Source: the human T2T-CHM13v2.0 reference genome, Homo sapiens. Taken from it: DNA of 64,000 bases. The translations under genes were made by a program, and so were the position numbers. The stretch's first letter is position 1. Each line of letters begins with the position of its first letter. The stretch lies in assembly GCF_009914755.1 (NCBI RefSeq), contig NC_060935.1; one strand, 5' to 3'. This document shows, in pieces, positions 56,680 through 64,000 of this stretch. Below the pieces are notes generated by a model. The model worked only from the letters and a program-made list of their open reading frames with translations. It did not search any database and was not told the DNA's origin.

Positions 56680-59037
56680 TGGTCCTCAAGCCTCAATGGC
56701 ATGTTGAGAACACCTCTTGTTCCTGTCTTAGCTGGAACATGGCAGCTGTTCCAGAAATACCCTTGTGAGTTGGTACCTCTTTAGCTGAAATGATCCCAGA
56801 AGAGTGAGCTAAGAGAATATTGAGCACATGGGGCCCATTGTCTTTCCTGAAGCAGGCCAGCCTCCTGTTTAATGCTGGCCTTGCCTTTTCTTCTCTTTCT
56901 ATCTCCCCCAAAGATAAACACCTTATCCCACCTCTGTTAGATAATTAGGACAAGACAGAGTATGAGACTAACTGACCCTCAGAAGTCACATTATAATGAA
57001 ATCATGTTATCAGGGAGTATGTCATCCAAGGATTTTATTGCATATTTTATTATTAGGGAGAATGACAATATAGCTTTGATTTTATACTTACAGTGCTTGA
57101 TATATAGTGATATTATAATATTTTCTTATATTGTAATTATATGTGTGCTTGTCTCCCTCAAGGAAAATGTACTACTGATAGCCAGGAGAGGGTCTAATTC
57201 AACTTTGTGCCCCTAGTAAGAAAGGGGGAAATGAAAACCAACGTGTATATTCACCTACTACAAATAGTAGTAGAATAAGTCTTATTTAATAGTCACAAAT
57301 AGTCTACAAGGCAAGATCGATTATCTTTATTTCAAAGACAAGGGAGACAAGGATGAAGAATGAAAAGCCACATAGGCAGTAAAGAACAGATCTATAAAAT
57401 GCCATCCCAAATTGTGTGAAAATAAAAGCTACATGACTAGAAAAAAAAAAAGAAATATGCAACAGATATAAACCAACGAAGCCTGTTGACATTCCACCTA
57501 ACCGAACCTATTACCGCCAATGCTTGTACATGTTTCCTGGCAGGTAGCTAATGCTCAGCAGATATTTGATGGGTTAAAAATGAAAAATACATTTGACCAT
57601 TTTGGATTTAAAGAGTGGGGTTAATGGCACCTATTTCCCTAATCAAAGCCAGTAGTCAAGGTGATTGGACATCAAGTTTATTCTTAAGCAGCAAGGCCAC
57701 AGTCAGCTATGGTTTGGGACCCCAGGCAGCCCTACTGAAGTTGCACAGAAGAGGTACTTGTCAATGCCAATCAGTCTATTCCTGCTGTTCAATTAGGTTC
57801 TGATTTGTAATTCACTACCCTCCAGCACCATTTTACTCAGTGAATTGTAGTCAACACCACAGGAAAAATTAATGCCTGTGAAATAATACCTGAGTAAGGG
57901 GAAGAAAAGCCAAATGCAAACTGTTCTTCTCTTATAAGTGTGTTTATTTTTTTCCAAAAATAATATGGATTTGCTCTTTTGCAAAGAAGTCATTCCTCAG
58001 TGAATGTGTGTATGTGTACATCTGTGTGTGTGAGAGAGACACATTGGTGGCTTGATATCAGAAAAAAATACTTTTGCCAGACTATAATAACTATTATTTG
58101 TGATTCTATTAACGGAAATATATCTTTTTCAAATTAAAGTATATATATTTACATACAGATGGAAAAGGAGGAACTGCAAAATAGGCCTAGTTTTCTCAAA
58201 GACATGCTTGAAACTCTGAGTCAGTCAGAGATTGTTGTTTTGTTAACTAAGCTAAAATAGAATGAAATTAATAATATTTAGGATAATAAAAGTTGTCAAG
58301 TATTGAGCATGGACTCTGAAATCTGAAACCAATAATCAACTTCCAGGCATTATCTAATTTAAGTATCATGGAGATATAGCGATTATTTCTCTTATTTTAG
58401 TGATGAAGAAACTGAGACTGAAATATAAAATACATGGTTCCATAGCCAATTAAGGAACAGAGCCAGAACTTGAGTTTGGTTCAATTTGACTCAAAATACG
58501 TGTCTTAGAGCCTGAGCCCCCCTGGTGAGTATGTTAGAGTGATGATGAGACACCCACCCCTGCCTGGGATTCCAGGCATTGTGCCTAGGACTGAGCATAC
58601 CAATGCTGGTATTGAAATATTAGCATTTCCAGCTATATTGGTATTTATCTTATCAAAAGCAAAAACATAAAACTTGATTAATCTTTAATTCAAAACAACT
58701 CGATTGCAAATGATTGACCTGGCAGTGTCATTTAGTTAGCACAGAAAATGTTACACAATTCAAAGCAAGATTTTCAGAATCTAACATATTCCATCATTTT
58801 GCAAATATCAAAATAATACATTAAAGAAAATAGTTTTGTAAAATTAACAAATAACAATTTAACATTGTCAATTTAAATTGATTTAAAATATTTGCCTTAT
58901 AATTTTTAATTCCAAATTTTGTGTATATTTGGCATATAAAAATGAAGATGTTGGAGTTCCATGCTAAACATAATTATAATGTTAGAGGTGTGCCAGCCAA
59001 AGAATTTAGAAATTTTGTTGCCCTTGTCAATATGAGG

Positions 59038-59360
59038 GCAGATGTCACAGATTCAGAATTCTAAATCTGTCAAGTATGAGTAAAGTGAGCCAGATATGGA
59101 CTGCTCTGCAGCGGAGAGTCCATGCGCCACCTAAAGGCAGCACCTGCTCCTCACGTTCTGCCAGTTGTACCCATGTGGCAACATGAATTGAAGGTTGCCA
59201 GATTAATCTCTTTTTTGTTTTTTTTAGAGATGCCAGGCATCCAGATTCTTAATGTTGGCATCTGATTCAATATTTAAATATAGCTCTCCCTGTGCCAAAC
59301 GAAATCACACAATGTGTGTGGGCTGTTTCTGGCCAGGGGGCAGACTGTTTGGGTCATCTA
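59038..59360 (-). mobile_element. MER102 hAT-Charlie
   Basis: gagtaaagtgagccag...gagagtccatgcgccacctaaaggcagc...gttgccagat...aatgttggca. Confidence 0.7.
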
Positions 59361-60749
59361 TGCTAAGGCTGTGGGAATACATCTGTCACAGGGGTTTGGA
59401 CAGTTTTCTTTGTGACAAGAAAGCCCTGCCTTATGGATTGAGAAACTATTCTTTTACAGTGTACAGTCCTGTCCTATATTATTGAGGACTGGCTTCCAAT
59501 GTATTTGTTCCTTTGCCAATGTCATTATTGAGAAGCCAGGAGTTGGGTGGGGTAGGTGATACTAATGGTCACAGCGATGGCAATGGGTGATAGAATCCTT
59601 CTTAGAGGGGTTTCTTATAGCTTGCAGGTAGGGCGGGTAGGTGGTAAAATTGAGGGTAAAGCAATGAACAAATGGCGAAAGTATCTGAAAATGACTTTCC
59701 TATTTCTTGGCACTTTTGTGTTGACACAAAGTACTTAATAATTCCCTTTTACTATTTGCTTTTAATTATATGTAAACATGTGCATGATTTTTACAGTACA
59801 GACCTTCATGTGGTCCTCAATAGAAACAATCTGTAGACTTCTCTGACTGTTGTGCTTCTACTTCTTTCTGAAAATCTCAGTCTTTGGCATAAGTCATGGG
59901 AAAATGATAGGAGGGGACAGATGGGAGTAGCTTATTGAAAATTACTGAAAGAAAAAAGACATAGGAAAAGTAAAAGTTCAGCAGATGAAGAGGAAGCAGA
60001 TATCATCAACTAGAATCAAATCCCACTGCAACATGTTTAACTAATTCTCTGTGGGGGGCCTTCCTCTTGCTACCTGCCACTAACTTTCTTCTCCATCCCC
60101 CAGTACCTGAATACCTAGCATATTATGTTATAAAGAACATAGAGCTCAGAGGCAGAAGACCCCATCTGGACTTCTCCACTTTGAGCCATTTTCTCTTTGG
60201 GCCTCAGTTTCATAATGTTTGAAGGGAGAATTTGAACCTTAAAGTGCCTAATTCACTGTGGAATGTGAGGATCAATAAAGATATTGTATGATAGCACATC
60301 CATTACGGTTCCATGCTGCACCTGCCCTAAGGGATAGTTGTTATTGCTAAGCCTCCAAGGCACAGCATTTCACATCAAAAAGACTCTCTTAAGGACTCCA
60401 TGATCTGACTTTGATTTTGAAGCCAGAACATTGTCTAGAGATTGCAAGGAGGAAGTTGGCAGCTGAACTTTGCTCACTACAAGTTGAGGAGGTAGAGCAA
60501 ATGAAGCTCTAATGAGCTGAACGAGTAGCTTCATGCAGAGCTGGCCCTGGGTGTCTTCTCAGCAATGCTGTTGCTTCTCAGTATTATTCACACTGCATTT
60601 CTCCTGGAGACGTACTTGTTTCTACATCTTCCTCCCACAGCAGACTGTGAGATCCCCGAGGGCAGAAGCCATGTGTGGTTACTTATGGTCTCACAGAAGA
60701 AGGTGGAAGAAAGGGGCAACTTTGCTTATAGAAGAACAGAGTGTTTGGC

Positions 60750-60920
60750 ATTAGACAGACCTGAACTTGAATCCCAGGTCCATCATGCACCATTCTGTGG
60801 CCTTGGGAGGGTGACATATACTCCTAGTGTTCTAATCTATAAAATGGAGAAAGTAAGTTGTACTTATCAGGGTTGCTATGGTGACTAAAACATAGTATCT
60901 GAGTACTTAATAGGCATTGA
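60750..60920 (+). mobile_element. MIR
   Basis: agacagacctgaacttgaatccc...ccttggg...atctataaaatggag. Confidence 0.7.
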
Positions 60921-61040
60921 AAAAACTATTCATCCTCTTCCTTATTTATAATTTTAGCATCTAGCAGAATATTTGAGTGGGCATATGTTAGGTGATAGAT
61001 GCCTGTACACGTGTGTGTATCTTGTGTGTGTGTGTATGTG

Positions 61041-61354
61041 TAGTTACCCATTGCTTAACAACAGGGATACATTTTAAGAAATGCATCATTAGGCCATTTC
61101 GTCCTTGTGCAAACATCAGAGAGTACACTTACACAAATCTAGATGGTCTACCCTACTACACACGTAGGCTATGTGGTACAGCCTATTGCTCCTAAGCTAC
61201 ACACCTATACAGCATGTTACTGTACTGAATACTATAGGCAATTGTAACATGATTGTGAGTATCTGTATATCTAAACATATCTAAAGATAGAAAAGGTACA
61301 GTAAAAATATATTATACTCTTATAGGATCACTGTTGTATACATGGTCTGTCAAT
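61041..61354 (-). mobile_element. Tigger3a/MER7A (TcMar-Tigger) MITE
   Basis: gcttaacaacagggatacattttaagaaatgcatcattaggc...gcctattgctcc...gcatgttactgtactgaatac...agaaaaggtacagtaaaaata. Confidence 0.85.
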
Positions 61355-61403
61355 CACACACACACACACATACACACACACACACACACACAGACACACA
61401 CAC
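61355..61403. repeat. (CA)n microsatellite
   Basis: ~24 CA units with two interruptions. Confidence 0.95.
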
Positions 61404-61439
61404 TCTTCTTTTAAATATATCTAGCGATTTGGCATTGGT

Positions 61440-61719
61440 ATTTTTTTTTTTTTGAGACGGAGTCTCGCTCTGTTGCCCAGGCTGAAGTGCAGTGGCATGA
61501 TCTCGGCCCAGTGCAACCTCCGTCTCCCAGGGTCAAGCAATTCTTCTACCTCAGCCTCCCAGGGCGCCCACCACCACACCAGGCTAATTTTTGTATTTTT
61601 AGTAGAGACGGGGTTTCACCATGTTGGCCAGGCTGGTTTCAAACTCCTGACCTCAAGTGATCCACCTGCCTCAGCCCCCAAAGTGCTGGGATTAGAGGCA
61701 TGAGCTACCGCGCCCAGCC
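61440..61719 (-). mobile_element. AluSx/Sz with a small internal deletion
   Basis: cctgacctcaagtgatcc; the gagtagctgggattac segment is missing at ~61560; degenerate TSD catt(g)gtatt. Confidence 0.93.
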
Positions 61720-61863
61720 ACCATTGTATTCTTTAAACAGCTGTTGAATTGATTCATGGTATATGCTGTTAAGTATTTGTCCTTTTACCTAGGAAACCTT
61801 AGGCAAATCACCTCTCTCATGGGGACCTCAACTTTTCTACATGTAGAAGAGTGGTTTTGGGCT

Positions 61864-62190
61864 CAGAATTTGCAACTGAAAGCTCAAGTTCAATGAAAAC
61901 TATGTTTTATGTGTCCTGCCCTGCACAGCGTTGGTCTAAATGACATTTTCAAACAAATAAATAAAACCAACCTTGTAACCAATTAGACAGACGGTGAATA
62001 AACCTTCGACTGGGTATAGTAATGATCTTTTCTGGGATTCCAGCAAGGCATGGTAACATTTTTGGAGCTACATAATAGCTGTTCCCCTTGGGCAGAACAT
62101 GTACGCTCTCTAGTTTACCAACACCTGGGCTACATCACTCATTTAGATTGCTTGCCTGGATTCTGTAATCTTCGGAATGTATGACCTTGA
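61864..62190 (+). mobile_element. MER102 hAT-Charlie
   Basis: gcatggtaac...tggagcta...agctgttcccctt...catgtacgctctctagttt...cactcattta. Confidence 0.65.
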
Positions 62191-63494
62191 ATATGGTAGC
62201 GTATAGACATGTCAATCCTCTGTGCCTCTATGATTCAATGATTTCTAAGCATGTGGGATTTAGACGTTCTTAGTCATAACCAGTATCACTATGGCTAACC
62301 CACACCATAGAAAAGAGTTGTTTTTCCATGGGCACTAAAAAGGGATATACAGCAAATGGTCATGGGCAATGACATTATCCTTTAAGTCATTTCTGATTGA
62401 TCTCCATCACATAATCTACCCTCTCAACAGTCTTTCTTCTCTACATACTAAAGTGGTTTTTCAAGATATATGGTTAGGTTTATTCAGTGAGAAATGATTC
62501 AGTCCCTTTGTTTCCACTTGTTACTTGGTCCTGGCTCCAACCTTTTCAAGTCGCAGATGCTTCTTCATGGGACCAGCTCTGACTCTGGATCCATGGTGAG
62601 CAGCATGAGTTCTGTAAAGATATTTTTAAGCCAAGTGCATCCAGGATGCTATGGAGCCACAAGCAGACAAAACGGCATAAATGCTCTTTGGGAATCATAA
62701 ACCCTAGTGCTTCTATCTGTTAAGAGTTCTTGAATTTTCTCATCTTAATTTCTTCCCCAACTCACTGAAGAAAAAAAAAAAAGGTGCTGATTTTCCCCCT
62801 TTCAGAAGCACAATGATAAAACTTTGTGAATTTGACAAAAGCTTTTTTTTTCCAAAATAACTTTTTCATTATGATGGTTACTTGTCTGCCCTTTACACAA
62901 CATGAAAGAATTTTTCTCTGGGTGTAATCAGATGATGACAGAAATATGGTGAAGCTCTCTAAAGGATTGACTTACTTAAATTCTTCAGTTCTCATTCAGG
63001 GCTGAAGCCTCCTTGTTTCATTTGGAGGTGAATTATCTTATTGATCATGTCTGCATAAATACCTCTAATATGAATAATGCAGACTATTGGAATACTCAAA
63101 GTAAAAAATGTGGACCTGTCTTTAAAGGGATAGGTTTAACATCATGAAGAATAAATTAAAAATCAAATTGTATTCCTCCTTTTAAGCCGGAAAATAAAGC
63201 ATCATTCAGAATAGAATTCTTAAGTTCATAAAGCAACTAAGGATTAGATATAATGGCATAAGGGAAGAAGTGAAACGTAGTCCCTTTGCTCCCTGGCCAC
63301 CACCAGGCTTGTAGTTTGGTGGGAGTGACAGTGTGATCTACTGAGAGGTAGAGTAGCCTCATAAAGTTTTGTATTCAGAGAAAAGCAAGCCTAAAACTTA
63401 GAATACCATGTAACTAGATATGTTGCCTTATGGAAATTATTTAATATCTTTCAGACTTGTTTCCTTTAGCTGTAAAATAGAGATAAAAATATTC

Positions 63495-63900
63495 CATTGG
63501 TTGAATTTATTTTGGCTGGAAGTAATAGAAATCTCAAGTAATTGTGACTTAATAATAAAGTCTTTAATTCTCTCTCATGACATGAATTCTGGCAATATGT
63601 AGCTCCAGGGTTGGTTCAGCAGCTCAATGACATCAAAGGCCTAGTTTGGTATTTCTGTGATTTAATTGGAATTTTTCCCATAAACTAAAGAAGGCTGTAT
63701 CTCTCTAGTCCTCACGTTCTCCAGCCAGCTGACTACACAGAATGAACATAGTAGGAATTCTGTCATTTAACCATGAAAGTCAACCCCACTGCCACTCCAT
63801 CTCCAGCAGACTTCTCCTTACTTCTCATTAGCAAGAACTTGGTCACATGCCCTTATCTAGACAGATCACTGGGAAAAAGGATGAAAATTCCATTATTATT
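63495..63900 (-). mobile_element. Old MLT1 (K/L-like) LTR
   Basis: ttggctggaagtaatagaaa...gggttggttcagcagctcaatgacatcaa...cagcagacttctccttacttctcattagcaagaacttggtcacatgccc. Confidence 0.75.
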
Positions 63901-63907
63901 ATAGATA

Positions 63908-64000
63908 TGTGGTTCTCAAAGTAGAGTTCTCAGATGATTCTGGCAAGCTTGTTTAAATACAGACTACTGGGTTCTACCCCCAGAATTTCTAATTTAGTAT
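63908..64000. mobile_element. MER5A-like hAT MITE (cut by window end)
   Basis: gtggttctcaaagt...gcttgtttaaatacagactactggg...cccccagaatttctaatttagt. Confidence 0.75.

Noticed and set aside
58505-59020. Possible hAT-Tip100-like DNA transposon fossil
   Set aside because: I could not match it confidently to a family or identify TIRs.
59038-62190. Two oppositely oriented MER102 copies as ends of a composite transposon or a stem
   Set aside because: Both are complete, highly diverged, independent MITEs; no shared TSD and too little identity to pair.

Overview
AT-rich, CpG-poor primate (human-like) non-coding DNA, either intronic or intergenic, made largely of decayed transposable elements. I recognise no host protein-coding exon, RNA gene, CpG island or CRISPR-like array. 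The long ORFs are Alu- or L1-derived. Main elements: seven Alus (all on the - strand); a near-full-length old L1MA (29.4-38.5 kb) hosting a young 5'-inverted L1PA3/4; a second L1MA (21.2-24.5 kb) interrupted by a THE1/MST LTR and later internally deleted; a second 5'-inverted L1PA5-like element; MLT1 LTRs; hAT/TcMar DNA-transposon fossils; and many MIR, L2 and L3 fragments. Subfamily names come from my recollection of consensus sequences, not from a search. The most unusual signals read directly from the sequence are: (i) a 273-bp, 100%-identical inverted duplication (30850-31122 vs 32936-33208) inside a heavily decayed L1; (ii) a patchwork templated insertion in a (TA)n tract at 28530-28616; (iii) a ~64-bp 5'-truncated Alu with an 18-21-bp TSD; (iv) a quasi-palindromic CTCF motif at 56661-56679. 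I see no convincing new biological system. What I see are clear records of template-switch repair and retrotransposition events.
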